From Octopus bimaculoides (taxonomy: Eukaryota): 64,000 nt of DNA. Numbering within the stretch: position 1 is the first letter of the stretch; every line of letters begins with the position of its first letter. Both the position numbers and the translations under genes were made by a program. The stretch lies in the NCBI RefSeq assembly GCF_001194135.2, contig NC_068990.1, positions 57,887,983-57,951,982 on the forward strand. The letters run 5' to 3'. Shown here piece by piece: positions 25,620 to 38,724 of the stretch. A model generated the notes under the pieces. It saw nothing but the letters and a program-made list of their open reading frames with translations, was not told where the DNA came from and did not search any database.

Positions 25620-25860
25620 AACTAAAGTTTGCTCAGCAATCTCAACAAACAATAACATGGAAATCAATGCTAATAATATCGGAGGAAACGGAATCGTTAT
25701 TAACAATAATAGTTTAATGATAATAATCTTTATTATTGATACAAAGGGGACAGATGAGAAGACATTTCGGGAACATGTTACAAATATGTGCTGGGGTTTA
25801 CATAGAAATAAAACGAAACGAAATATAACAAAACAAAACAAAAAATGCAACTTAATTTAC
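25620..25860 (+). mobile_element. Possible very old RTE-like RT fragment
   Basis: MEINA.. followed by a decayed E-V-x-x-F-K-Y-L-G-like stretch. The similarity is weak and judged by eye. Confidence 0.3.
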
Positions 25861-25953
25861 ACATATGAGACAGTACTAAAGATTGGAATGTTGGTATGGT
25901 GACGATAGCGGACTAGTAGAATGGGTGAAAATAGGGAACATATAGAAAAATAC

Positions 25954-25954
<1 letters not shown>

Positions 25955-26019
<65 letters not shown>
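25955..26019. repeat. (AAT)n microsatellite at the 5' junction of an R4/Dong-type LINE
   Basis: Direct reading. Confidence 0.97.
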
Positions 26020-26020
<1 letters not shown>

Positions 26021-27393
26021 TCTGGAATATCAGCGAAATAAAGAAAATTGACAGGAGAATCCATAAGCTGCTGACTTGTTATAACACGCACCACCCAAAG
26101 GCAGACGCAGATCGTCTTTACCTTCCTAGAGCCCAAAGAGGTCAAGGCTTGATTCAGTTTGAAATCTCTTACAAAACCACCATAACGGGACAGGTTAAAT
26201 ATCTTGAAACATCCAACGACTGGATGCTAAACACGTTGAAAACCACAAGAGACTTAAGAAGCTTCATTCTGTCATGAAAGAGGGCAAAATGTTTGCTAAT
26301 GAGTTCATACATAATACACAAGTTGAACAGTATGATGGAAGTGGGGCAACTGCTGTTGCAAAGAAGCTGAAGTCAATAACAAAGAAAAAAGCGTTCGAAC
26401 AATTGGCTGTTAGATGGGAACAAAAACCTCTGCATGGCAAATATGTGGCCTGTAGTAAACAAACTAATGTTGACCAGAAGTACACCCATCAATGGATACG
26501 GAGCTCAGAGCTAAACAAAGAGAGTGAAAGTTTTATCTTAGCTGTTGAAGATCAGAGCTTATTGAGCGGAATTACGAAATCAATGTGATGAAAAATGAAG
26601 TAGGCCCAAGGTGCTGATACTGCAACGATGGGATTGAAACAATAGACTATCTAATCTCTGGGTGTAAGGTTTTAGCACGTGTAGAGTATATAGGGCAGGA
26701 GTTTGTCAATATCTGCACTGGTTCACATGTCGGCATCAAAACTGCTGACAAAAGGTATAAGCACCGCCCTGTGGCTGTAACTGAGTGAGAAAATGCAACG
26801 ATTCTTTGGTACTTTCCCGTACATACATACCGAACAATCAAAGCTAATAAACCAGATATTATTGTGAAAGACCAAAACAATAAAATCTGTTTATTGATTA
26901 ACATGACCATACCTTGTGATCATAATATCACAGCTAAAGAATTTAATAAGCACAGAAAATATAAAGATTTTCTGATTAAAATCGAAAACATGTAGCATCT
27001 CAAGACGTTTACAATACCAGTGATTGCTGGAGCACTTGGAATGATCAAAAAAGGAACTGAAAATTACTTGAGAATGATACTTAGCTTACCATCCATGCAA
27101 GAAGTGTATGGATTGTTTTAACTGGCACATCACACGTATTGAGAAGAGCATTATCGCTGTGAATTTTCTTCTCTTTTTGCCCTTATATTTTCTTTGTTTT
27201 CTTTTTTCTCACTATTTTTTCTTCTTTCCTTCTTTCCTTTTTCTTTTTTCCCTTTTTTCTCTATCATTTAACTTGACTTTGTAAATGGACAATCTAGTGT
27301 GTTTATTGTTAAGACCTACCAATGTATACAGTGAGTTTCTTTGCCCTAGGTATCGGGAAGACACTCGGCAAGAAATGGAAACAAAATTGAAAT

Positions 27394-27395
<2 letters not shown>
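26020..27395 (+). mobile_element. 5'-truncated R4/Dong-type non-LTR retrotransposon (post-RT region, CCHC knuckle, restriction-like endonuclease, 3' UTR)
   Basis: Frameshifted translation: WNISEIKKIDRRIHKLLT...HHPKADADRLYLPR...WEQKPLHGKY...ESESFILAVEDQSL...C.YC...ETIDYLISGC...ILWYFPVHT.RTIKANKPDIIVKD...KEF.K..KYKD...IPVIAGALGMIKKG...TGTSHVLRRALSL*. A pyrimidine-rich 3' UTR ends at (AAT)n. Confidence 0.9.

Positions 27396-27456
<61 letters not shown>
27396..27456. repeat. (AAT)n microsatellite at the 3' junction of the R4/Dong-type LINE
   Basis: Direct reading. The tail of a minus-strand family B SINE (CCTTTCTA) follows before the gap. Confidence 0.97.
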
Positions 27457-27623
27457 CCTTTCTANNNNNNNNNNNNNNNNNNNNNNNNNNNNNNNNNNNN
27501 NNNNNNNNNNNNNNNNNNNNNNNNNNNNNNNNNNNNNNNNNNNNNNNNNNNNNNNNNNNNNNNNNNNNNNNNGCAGGCAGCAAACTGATACGCATGCAAG
27601 ACTCCAGGAGTTCCAACAACACC

Positions 27624-27625
<2 letters not shown>

Positions 27626-27689
<64 letters not shown>

Positions 27690-27697
27690 ATAGTAGT
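27626..27697. repeat. (TAG)n microsatellite
   Basis: Direct reading. Confidence 0.95.
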
Positions 27698-28383
27698 GCG
27701 AAGGAAGGAACTTACAATAACAATCTTTGTCTGTTTTGTATCTTTTTAAACTTTTACGCTAAAATATAAAATGATAGACAGGCAATTTATTATACAAAAC
27801 CAGTATGAGAAAGTGAAGAAGTTTTGAATAAGTTACTGAAATATATAAAAACACTTGGTAGATATACAGAACGTGTAGTGTCTCCAGTGCTGTTTGATAC
27901 ATCTATGGTACCGACTGAACACTAGATCAAGTGAACCAGTGACAGCTAGATGCCCTGGCTGTTACTAATCCCTTTATTGATTTGGTTAAATGTTTGGCTA
28001 ATGTAGTAGTATTATACACTATTTGATGTATATTATATAGAATGTTTTGTCAGACTTCGTATTTATGCAGTGGAAGGGATTGTCAATATTAGCACAAACA
28101 GAAATATATCTGGTAATAGAATTAAAACATTATATATTACCATTAACTTTACTACAAATACCATATCGTCATTTTGCAAATAGATCCAGTTAACAGAGTT
28201 ACTTCAAAGTGATTTTATTTTTTTATTTCTATTCTCATATGTTATCTTGAAATGAATGCTGCGTTACGCCGTAATGATTACAGAATCATAAAAAAATATT
28301 TGAAAATGATGATTGGAAATTTAGGTATCGTTTATCATCCATATTTCATACCATTAGGCGCTACTTACACCAAAATGCGTAAA

Positions 28384-28655
28384 GGCGCATAGCTTAGTGA
28401 TTAGGATATTCGGCTCATGATCGTGAGGCCGTGAGTTCGATACACGGCGGCGTGTTGTCCTAGAGAAAGACACTTTATTTCACGTTGCTCCAGTTCACTC
28501 AGCTAGCAAAAATTAGTAGTACCTGTATTTCAAAGGACCAGCCTAGTCACAATCTGTGTCACGCTGAATCTCCCTGAGAACTACATTAAGGATATACGTT
28601 TCTGTGGAGCGCTCAGTCACTTGCACGTTAATTTCATGAACAGGCTGTTCTATTG
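28384..28655 (+). mobile_element. tRNA-derived SINE, family D (different head from C, same 3' half)
   Basis: GGCGCATAGCTTAGTGATTAGG...GAGTTCGATAC head, TGTCCTAGAGAAAGACACTTTA body, and the GTCACGCTGAATCTCCCTGAGAACTAC tail shared with family C. Confidence 0.82.
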
Positions 28656-29106
28656 AACTTTTATCCTTTCTAAATTATGTTGTTTAATTTACTAAAGTTT
28701 CAAAATGTAAGGCAATTATCTGAAAATACGGAGAGATATGGCTGTGTTCGGGTGAAAAGATTGAGATCATGATATAAGAAATATATAAAAGCCGAAAAGT
28801 TTAATGATTGAATGTTTGGGCCGTTGAGAAAAAGTGATATTAAATTTAAGAGGTCACCAAAATATTTTCATATACATAAATAAGGAGCGCTAGTGGGAAA
28901 TATGAGGGAGAAGACAGAACTTAGTGAAAGCGATAGTAAAAAAAACTAGAAGCAATGATGTACAGTAGAGAAATAAAGAACAAGGAGCCGTATTGTACAG
29001 ATGTAATGTAACAGAGGTGAATTAAAACTGAAAGCAAAAAATGATTGTTAAAGGCGTAAGGAACCGAATGGTACAGAATTCAGAGCCAGTATGTATCAAA
29101 AATCAT

Positions 29107-29269
29107 GTGGCTGCGTGGTAAGTAACTTGCTTACGAACCGCATGGTTCCGGGTTCAGTCCCACTGCGTGGCACCTTGGGCAGGTGTCTTCTACTATATCC
29201 TCGGGCTGACCAAAGCCTTGTACAGTGGATTTGGTAGACGGAAACTGAAAGAAGCCCGTCGTATGTATG

Positions 29270-29302
<33 letters not shown>

Positions 29303-29495
29303 TTTCCCCCAACATCACTTGATAACCGATGCTGGTGTGTTTGCATCCCCGTAACCTAGCGGTTTGGCACAAGAGACCGATAGAATGAGTACTAGGCTTA
29401 CAAAGAATAAGTCCTGGGATCGATTTGCTCGACTAAAGGCGGTGCTCCAGCATGGCCACAGTAAAATGACTGAAACAAGTAAAAGAGTAAAAGAG
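29107..29495 (+). mobile_element. SINE family A, full length
   Basis: Head GTGGCTGCGTGGTAAG...GGGTTCAGTCCC, internal (TA)/(TG)n, and a 3' module ending TGACTGAAACAAGTAAAAGAGTAAAAGA. Confidence 0.92.
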
Positions 29496-29870
29496 TATAC
29501 TAAATTTACAGGAATACGGTGAAAATGTCTAATAGTTATGAAGTAGATAAAGACAGATTAATTAGTTGCCCTGAATTTAATACATGACTAGTGTATATAG
29601 CAAAATAAAAGGCTGACGAAGTGGCAAAATCTTTGGAGCGCCAGACTGAAAACCTTGTGATATTTCTTCCGGATCTCTACGTTCTGCATTGAAATCCTAA
29701 TGACTTATGGTTGATAATGTAAAGTGCATGTCAAAGACAGGAGTCAATGGTATTTACTAGGCCTGCCTTACAAAATTGCTGCTCTTGCGCTGTAAATGAG
29801 AACCTTTTAAGATGAAAAGCAATTGATAAACAATTAGAAAGAACGTTAGCAATAATTTACTCATATACAA

Positions 29871-30080
29871 GGCGGCGAGCTGGCAGAAACGTTAGCACGC
29901 CGGGCGAAATGCTTAGCGGTATTTAGTCTCTTTTTACGTTCTGAGTTCAAATTCCGCCGAGGTTCACTTTGCCTTTCATCCTTTCGGGGTCAATAGATTA
30001 AGTACGAGTTGCGTACTGTGGTAGATCTAATCGACTGGCCCTTCCCCCAAAATTTCAGGCTTTGTGCCTAGAGTAGAAGG
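29871..30080 (+). mobile_element. SINE family B with 20-bp TSD
   Basis: TSD AATAATTTAC(T/A)CATATACAA at 29851-29870 and 30081-30100. Confidence 0.93.
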
Positions 30081-30189
30081 AATAATTTACACATATACAA
30101 ATACGTATCCGGATAATCATTCATACACATATATGTACAAATCTATACATACTCACACATATACACACCCGTACGCATACACTAATATA

Positions 30190-30315
30190 CAGGGTGTCCA
30201 CAAAGTCTGGGTTCATGAAGTAAATAAAATCATAACATAAACAATTAAATATATGAAATAGTAATTTCTTGAAGTATGTGTTAATCCCATGTATCCAGAC
30301 TTTGTGGACACCCTG
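30190..30315. mobile_element. Tc1/mariner-type MITE (126 bp)
   Basis: Perfect 21-bp TIR CAGGGTGTCCACAAAGTCTGG / CCAGACTTTGTGGACACCCTG, with a TA duplication at 30188-30189 and 30316-30317. Confidence 0.92.
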
Positions 30316-30386
30316 TAGATACCTGCATCTACGCTCATAGAAATACGTAAGTACACACACACATACATAAAAACGAAATATAAATA

Positions 30387-30680
30387 GGCGCCGGAGTGGC
30401 TGTGTCATAAGACGTTTGCTTTTCAACCATATGATACCGGGTTCAGTCCCACTGCGTGGCACCTTGGGCAGATGTCTTCTACTATAGCCTCGAGCCGATC
30501 AAAACCTTGCGGTTGGATTTGGTGGACGGCAACTGAAAGAAACCTGTCGTTTATGTGTGTGTGTGCGTGTGTGTGTGTGCATGCATGTGTGCGTGTGTGT
30601 TTTGTTTGTCTCTCACCACTGCTTGACAACCGGTGTTGTTATGTTTACGTCCTCGTAACTTAGCAGCTTCACAAAAGGAT
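30387..30680 (+). mobile_element. SINE family A, 3'-truncated
   Basis: Head, body, (TG)n and the start of the 3' module. Confidence 0.85.
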
Positions 30681-31807
30681 GAAAACCCACGAAGTGTAGA
30701 GACATAGATGATGTGAAGTATGTCTCAAAACAGATGAGAAATGTCCCGTAGAAAGAATATCTTGCAGGTATAATGGTTCTTAGATTGTTAGACAATTTAT
30801 TGTATTGATTTACATTTCAAACCTATAAAACATCTATAGCAGTATTCAATGAAAGTTACCTCACAATATATGGTTGCTATTTGATTGCACCTTAACGTAA
30901 ATAGATACGTTTAAAGAGAAATTGCCAAATACCAAACTAACAAAAAGTAAATAAATAAATAGAAATACGAAAGAAAGAAAGAAAAAAGGAAAATGACTGT
31001 TTGGTATTTGGTTGAGTCACATTATTAGAAAAGAAACCTATACTGATTTGGCTGAATGGCTATGAAGTTTGCTTTGCAGCCATGTGGTTTTGGGTACAGT
31101 CCCATATCATAGTACTTTGGACAAGAGATTTTACTATAACCCTGCGTCAAACAATGCTCTGTGAGTGAATTTTCATGATGTTTTCATTCATTCGGGAGGT
31201 CGACGCTCGCCCTGAACGAGAGTGGTCCTCAAGCGACAAGTGGCCATTCCTAAAGAGTGAAAACTACTCGTAAACTTGTTGCAGCGTGCTTGTAAGCTGT
31301 TTGAAGCATGACTAATGTTCTGGCCGCCGTTTTTCCCGGCAAGGAAACAGAATTTCACAGAAACATGCTATTCCTTCATTTCAGCCATCGCAAAAATCGA
31401 CAAACAGGAGAGAAGCACTGTAAAACAAAGACTCACCACAAGCAGTACGATCTCAGCCGACGACGCATCAAGTGGCTTCTAGCGACAGAAGCCTGAACTA
31501 TAACGGGCTCATCTTACAGAGAACGTTCCCGGTACATTTTGAGTATGCCATCGTATACTTTCGGCGAAAAGATTGGTTGCTGAATGGTGCTTATATATGC
31601 TAACTGATATAAAATGATATATAACTAGCATGCAACAATTTCTAATATAAGTACACAGTTGAAATTTGGTCGATGAGGTTAGTCGATTTAATCGCCCATT
31701 GTACTTCACTTACATCGATGATGGAAAAGTGAAAGCACAATTGACATCTGTAGCATTTGAGCTCGGAACATAAACAACTGGAAGAAGATATACCGAAATT
31801 TTAACTA

Positions 31808-32126
31808 GCACTCCGTCGGTTACGACGACGCGGGTTCCAGTTGATTAGTTAAACAGAACAGCCTGCTCGTAAAATTAACATGCAAGTGGCTGAGCACTCC
31901 ACAGACACGCATACCTTTAACATAGTTCTCAGTGAGATTCAGCGTGACACAAAGTTTGACAAGGCCGGCCTTTTGAAATACAGGTACAACTCATTTTCTG
32001 CTAGCTGGATGGACTAGAACAACGGGAAATAAAGTGTTTTGCTCAAGGACACTACGCGTCGTCAGGAATCGAACTCACGACCTTACGATCATGAGCCGAA
32101 TGCCCTAACAATTAAGCCAATCGCCT
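31808..32126 (-). mobile_element. SINE family D, full length
   Basis: Reverse complement of 28384-28655 plus the tail GGAACCCGCGTCGTCGTAACCGACGGAGTGC. Confidence 0.88.
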
Positions 32127-32521
32127 TAACTATTCAAACTGATTGTGTCCGACATTCTACCTCTGCCTGAAACCACCGCATATGGCAACACCCCTTTCCA
32201 ACAAACAGAAGTGTGTCAAATATTTCACAACTTCCATAAAATGTATTTCATAAGATGTATTTCTTAGGATTATCCTTTGAAATAGTAACGAACACGGAAG
32301 AAGCTGAATAAATTGCCCGAGAGTGAAGACTTTGGTTAACTGAAGGAACCCAGAAATAATATCTCCACTCAATCACTGATTGTGATACTCAAAAAAAAAT
32401 TAATCTACATCAATTAATGTGTTCATTTTGGTTGCAAAATCACAAAAGATATATCTCCGAAAGTATCACAATAAGATTGGACAACCCGGTGTATTTATAT
32501 AGCCTTGTAGATAACTGAGGT

Positions 32522-32557
<36 letters not shown>

Positions 32558-34340
32558 NNNNNNNNNNNNNNNNNNNNNNNNNNNNNNNNNNNNNNNNNNN
32601 NNNNNNNNNNNNNNNNNNNNNNNNNNNNNNNNNNNNNNNNNNNNNNNNNNNNNNNNNNNNNNNNNNNNNNNNNNNNNNNNNNNNNNNNNNNNNNNNNNNN
32701 NNNNNNNNNNCAGTAAGCATATCTGGGGATCTTACTGACTTCAAAGTGGACTCATACCGCGTGGCAAAGGATGAGACTTATATCTTAAAAAATACGATAG
32801 AGATCAAGTAATAAATTTAGAAAGTAAACGGACAGAAAACATAACCTTTCTTTTCAGTAGAGTAAATAAATAGCATCTTCCGCTTTTCTTTGCAGTTTTC
32901 AGGTTTTATAGCCACTAGATGTGTTTTATGTATTGATAGCTAAACATAGAAGCGAGTTTTAAGAGATATAAAGAAAAACCGCAAATAGTAAAAAAAAAAG
33001 AGAAACAAAGAAAAGAAAAAAGAAAAGAAGTAACAAGTTCCAAGAATTACGACTGACCAGTTTTCAATCCAATGTACGATTCAGTAATTAACCAAAATAA
33101 GACTGAGAGCAAATTAAGATTGATTAGGTTGGACAACTTAATGAAGGCCTTGGCAGCTTAACGAATGGAAAGATAGCTAAATGGGGAGGGATTGTCATAT
33201 AGATTAAGTTCAGAGGCTAAGAACTGGCCACTAAGGCCAACACGGAAAATTATTCATCATCAGTGACAGTTTCTCTGCCATGACAGCTCTTTAGCTCGAT
33301 GACAGCTTTACGAGTCATTTTCCTTTTGCCTATCTGTTTTTACAGAGATAGCTTTCCTGCCCTAAGTTTTATCTTCCTTAATTTTAGCTTTGTTTATCCA
33401 TTTCCTTCACAATCACCCTCACCATTAGCATTACCACCAACAATTCCAGCACAACTAACACCTCCTGAGTTTCTTTCTATTCATTTATTTATGTTTTGTG
33501 TATGTGGCTAAGAAGCTGTCTCATATATTAGCAACACTGACATCACAGCTACTAGTCAGACATTTTACTTTAGCTCTTCGACTTGGGTTTAATTATTTTT
33601 TCAAGAGTTTATTTTCTTTCCTCTTGGACAAGAGAACCAGCATTGTTATTCTGCTTGGCTGTGTTTTCAACTGCCAAGTCTCTAACACCATTCTCAAAAG
33701 TCGATTGAAATCAAGACAATTTATGACCAATTCGGTCTTCCCTAGTTATGTTTAGGACTAATTCACTTTTCCAAGCTTATATCGCTGAACGGCTCAATAT
33801 TCACCAGTTATATTTATGAGCATTTTACCACCACAAATAATGCCACCCACCACCACCTCTACTACTAAAACAGCCTCAGCAATCTTTATCAGTATCCCCA
33901 CCAGCGTTTCCACAACCACAACCATCATTATCGTCATCACCGGCAGCAGTAGTATCATTAACAACTGTCACAATAGTAGCAAAAGCAATGTTAGGAGCTG
34001 CACTAGCATCAACAGTAATGCAGTTGATTCAATGATTCTATGGTAACAGTAGCAATAATCGTAACAACAGTAACATAAACACAGGTAGCAATAAACAAGA
34101 AGAAAAACAGTAACAAAGTTAAGTAAGGAATAACAGTAGCAGCAGCGGCAGCAATAAAAGCCATTAACAGAGTCTCTACTTGGTTACTGGATCTGCTAGA
34201 TATACTCGCCAAATTTGTCTCAAATCCACATACTATAGTCTCTATTCGCATCAGATAACTTATTTCGAGTGGCCGACTGATTGAGTCGTTGGACTTGAAA
34301 TCCAATGGGTTTGAATCCTATCCACAGCAGTTATTTACTA

Positions 34341-34599
34341 GGTGCAAGCATCGCTGTGTAGTAAGACGTTTGTTTCCCAAGCACAGAATTCCGGGTTCAG
34401 TCTCACTGTGGAGCACTCTGGGCACGTATTTTCTATTAAAACCTCAGACCAACCGATGCTTTGTGAATGGATTTGATAGACGGAAACCGAAAGACGCCGG
34501 TCGACTATCTATCTATTTATCTATCTACACACACGTCTATACATATATATATATATATATAAATGTCATTATATACATATATGTGTATGTGTCTCTCTC

Positions 34600-34637
<38 letters not shown>

Positions 34638-34825
34638 GCCTTTGTGTTTGATACCTTGTGTTGGTTTGTGTATGTTCCCGTAACAGCAGTTCTGCGTCAG
34701 GGTGTGATAAAATAAGTACCAGGCATTAAAAAAATAACAGAATTCAATTCTTTTAACTAAAACCTTTCGATGCGGTGCCCCAGCTTAGCCGCAGTCCGAT
34801 GTTTGAAACAAAGAAAAGATAAAAA
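34341..34825 (+). mobile_element. SINE family A, diverged, with expanded internal microsatellite
   Basis: Head CGCTGTGTAGTAAG...GGGTTCAGTCTC and 3' module GATAAAATAAGTACCAGGC...GCGGTGCCCCAGC. Confidence 0.8.
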
Positions 34826-36273
34826 TTAGAAATACCCCCGCAAAAAACGATTTCTGTTTTATTTTAACTGTTTCATTAGGATGGTAAGTGCACTGCCCTT
34901 GACCCTATGTTTTTTCAGTGCGTTTGGTTTGGGTCGGGGGCAAAAAGGCATTTATTTTAAAACTGGAGATGTGGTTGTTCGTGTGACAAATTAACCCTAC
35001 TGCCCAAAAACTCTGAACGTAAAGCGCCAGAAGGTATTTCGAGTGACACTACAATAATTCTTACAATCCACCGACCTGCAATTGTGCTTATTTTGTCGGC
35101 CCTGAAAGAATGAAAGATAAAGATGATTTTGGAGAGATTTGAGATTAGAATGCAGGGACCCGGAATAAATTCTGTTCTACTAACCCGCCAATTCACCGCT
35201 TGTTATCATAAGTTTGTTCAGTCAGAGTTAACGTGTAGTTAATCAACTAGGACAACAACGAAGACGACGACGATACCAGCAGCAGCAGTTTACAGTAGCT
35301 GCACTGATGATCCTATAATTTCAATATCCTGCATCGCATCTTTTGCTATCTGTTGTTTTTAACAATCAACGTTATTGTCATTGCTATTATTTTTCCTCTT
35401 TCTCTTCATCAAAATTATATTATTCCTCTTCCAGCACCACCACCACAACCACCAACATCATCGTCGTCATCATTATCTGTGTATGTCATCCGTTAGTCTT
35501 GCAGACAACGCATCTGCACTGGGAAAGTCTTGCTTCATCGTCTATTGTTGCTAAAGAATCCGACGCGGTAGCAATTGCGTTTGAAGACTCTTGTTCCGCA
35601 TTGTTGCTCTGGCGCTGTTTTACTTTATTTATTTATTTATTTTTGATCAGGTGTGGTTTTCTTCAACTGCAAGAGTGCAAACATCAGCTTTTCTCCAATT
35701 TTCAAACCCCACCATCACAAGTCCTTTTTGATCGTTTAACTCGCCATTCTCTTTAATCAACGTTAGAATTCGTATTATTCAACCCGTCATATATTTTGTT
35801 ACTGTTCCATTAAACGCATTGATATGTTTATACAATAGTGGGGCCTCCTGTTTGCAATAAACTAAAATAGCTTTTACCATATGAAAATCTATACTAGAAA
35901 ATCAATATCGATTTTTTCTAAGTAACAAGGGATTTGTTGTTTTATCTATTATATTTTTCTACGAACACTTATCTACTAAGGTGGCTGGATTGAATAGCTT
36001 CTTGTAACTTACTGGTTTTTATTTTTACAGATCTGAGAGATCTTAACATTATTTTGATTTTTTCCGTCATCAACATATCTTATCGTGTATCGTTTATCAC
36101 CATTTCCCTCATTCTCATTTTCTTCAATGAATGTAAAACATCGTGTTATAGAAAACATTATTTTTCAGTAAAATCAGTGGAGTGCAAAATTGCATTAGAG
36201 CTTTAAGTCGATTCATTGCTTAATTTATAAACGAAATATAAAAGAATACTTCAATCATTCATTATTATTATTA

Positions 36274-36670
36274 AGGTGGCGAGTTGGCAGAATCGTTAAC
36301 ACGCTGGACGAAATGCTTAGCGGTATTTCGCCCGTCTTGAGATCGCTTTGCCTTTCATCCTCTCGGGGTCTATAAAATAAGTACCAGTTGAACACTGGGG
36401 TCGATATAATCGACTCACTTCCTCCCCCATAATTGCTGCCCTTGTGGAAAAATTTGAAACCGTTGTTATTGATACTAAGGCGGTGAGCTGGTAGCATCGT
36501 TAGCACGCTCGGCAAAATGCATAGCAACATTTCGCCCGTCGTTACGTTCTGAGTTCAAATTCCGCCGAGATCGACTTTGCCTCTCATCCTTTCTGGGTCA
36601 ATAAATTAAGTACCAGTGAAAGACTGGGGTCGATATAATCGACTAGTTCCTTCCCTGCAGATTTCAGGAC
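36274..36670 (+). mobile_element. Two head-to-tail family B SINEs
   Basis: Copies at about 36274-36460 (internal deletion) and 36477-36670, each with the GCCT.TCATCCT.TC.GGGTC.ATAAA..AAGTACCAG core. Confidence 0.88.
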
Positions 36671-37774
36671 TCTTTCTCCTGATCATCATCACTATCAACA
36701 AGGCGATCATATCGATGCCTTGAAAACATTTTAAAGAGGAATGAAAAATTCAAATTTTAACCCATACTAAGTTAAGGTCACATGAAGTCATTTCCATTTA
36801 TAGCAAGCTAAAGTTTGTTCGTAAATTCAAGAAGCTTCCTGCATACATCACCGCCGTAAACCTCAGCAAAACCACTATTGGTATTTTTCAATTTCAGACT
36901 TGAAGAAGAGTTATGTCCCATTTGTTTTCTCTATGCAGACGACATTGTCGTTGTCATTGTTTGACTCTGGTTAGCCAGTATTGAGCAGTTTTGAATCCAG
37001 GGATACTATTATATCTTTGTAGGTTATCTAGTAATTCATTACCTATTGTTTTATGCCTCATTTCAAGTCCGTATAGAGTAATTTGAGAGAGAACTGACTG
37101 CTTTTGACAGCAGATCGAGCAACCATATAAGATGTTCTTACAGTGGCAGTAAACGCATGATTTCCGTCCCTAAGCCATAAGAAAATGTTTCGGTTTTCTA
37201 TTAAGATAGAATGGCAATTCTCTTGAACATACCTAAGAATAAATAAAACAAACCAAACTAGATATACCGCTAGGAGTTTTCTGAATTACTCAGGAATCCT
37301 AAATGCCTCTAACCGTCTATTATAATCTAATTTACCACAGACACCTAATTTTATCAATGTATTTCAAATATCGAAATCGTTAGATTTCTGTTCTATTTAC
37401 ATTATTCTTTTTCGGTAAATCAATGCTAAGATTTGGAAAAGAAAAGCTTGTGTGCACCAATTTTTGGATGGATTGGCTAAAGAATTCTTTTGTATATAGC
37501 CAAATCACTTTTGTGCTCTTGGCTAGTTGCAGTTCTCTCTTTATATATATATATATATATNNNNNNNNNNNNNNNNNNNNNNNNNNNNNNNNNNNNNNNN
37601 NNNNNNNNNNNNNNNNNNNNNNNNNNNNNNNNNNNNNNNNNNNNNNNNNNNNNNNNNNNNNNNNNNNNNNNNNNNNNNNNNNNNNNNNNNNNNNNNNNNN
37701 NNNNNNNNNNATATATATACATATGTATGTATTACGGATATATATATGTATACACACACACACATGTATGTATT

Positions 37775-37814
<40 letters not shown>

Positions 37815-38379
37815 CAATTACTTATTTCAGATTGCTTCTAAATCTGTGTGCTGTACAGAATTAGAATCACAAACATAAAACAAATCCAGAACATAAATAG
37901 ATAGATGAATAAATAAATAAATAAATAAATGAAAGATGCGGATAAATTTAGGGAACTAATGTCTTCTCTTTTACAATAAATAGGAAATCGTTGTTCTTTC
38001 AGCAAATCTAAATAGCTGGCCTGTTGTAAAAACAAACAAAAATTATTTAAGAACGTGTGCTTTGGCAATAAAAACAATAACAACAACTGAAAAAAAAATG
38101 CGTGTATTTGTAAGAAGGAGGGGTACTTTCGGGGATTTTGTAAACACCTCTTTAGGAAGTGGTTTAATAATAATAAGGCCTAAAGGACAGAAATAAGATG
38201 AATACGTAAAATAAAGATTAGAAAATAACTATATAAATTCCATCCAAATGTTTGATATAGATAATTTCTGGTTGAAACGCTCTTTTTCTCCTGTTTGGTT
38301 CACGGCAGAAAATACTTTTGATGTTAAAACACACATACCAGATTCCGATCGTGTTGCTTCTTACGGACGCCTCTTCTGC

Positions 38380-38700
38380 CGTGGCCGCTGCTTCTACTGC
38401 TACTGCTGCTGCTGCTACCGCTGCTTCTACTATTACTACCCCAACTACAATTTCTGCTACTGATACATCTATGTTTATCACCACCACTACTACTGTTGTT
38501 GTTACTATAAATAATACAACCTTTGCCGCTGTTGCTGCTGCTGCTGCTACTACTACTACTACTACTACTACTATTGTTCACTTGCAGTGGTGAAACCAAA
38601 GGTGGAAGAAAAAGAAGTAATGTTTGATATGCTAATAGTGTTGTTGTTGTTGTTTTTATTGGTGTTGTTGTTGGTGGTGGTGGTGGTGGCGGTGGTGGTT
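38380..38700. repeat. Compound trinucleotide low-complexity block (GCT/ACT/GTT/GGT)
   Basis: Direct reading. It accounts for the poly-A/T/S/V ORFs. Confidence 0.9.
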
Positions 38701-38724
38701 ACAGTCAGAGAGGAAACGATGGCG

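Noticed and set aside
27370-27400. Shared CAAAA(T)TTGAAA between the R4 3' end and a family B tail variant, as evidence of a SINE-LINE pair
   Set aside because: The match is only about 10 nt and AT-rich, and the adjoining trinucleotide tails are in opposite orientation ((AAT)n versus (ATT)n).
31200-31500. GC-richer island, possibly a mariner 5' fragment
   Set aside because: Only a vague resemblance in translation, and no TIR was found.
32379-32493. 11-bp inverted repeat plus a mariner-like end (GGACAACCCGGTGTA)
   Set aside because: No matching second TIR, so the element boundaries cannot be defined.
35647-35751. Minus-strand GFENWRKA as a hAT TTF-type zinc-finger remnant
   Set aside because: A single short motif followed by a stop. 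The flanking Cys/His residues and transposase context are not recognisable.
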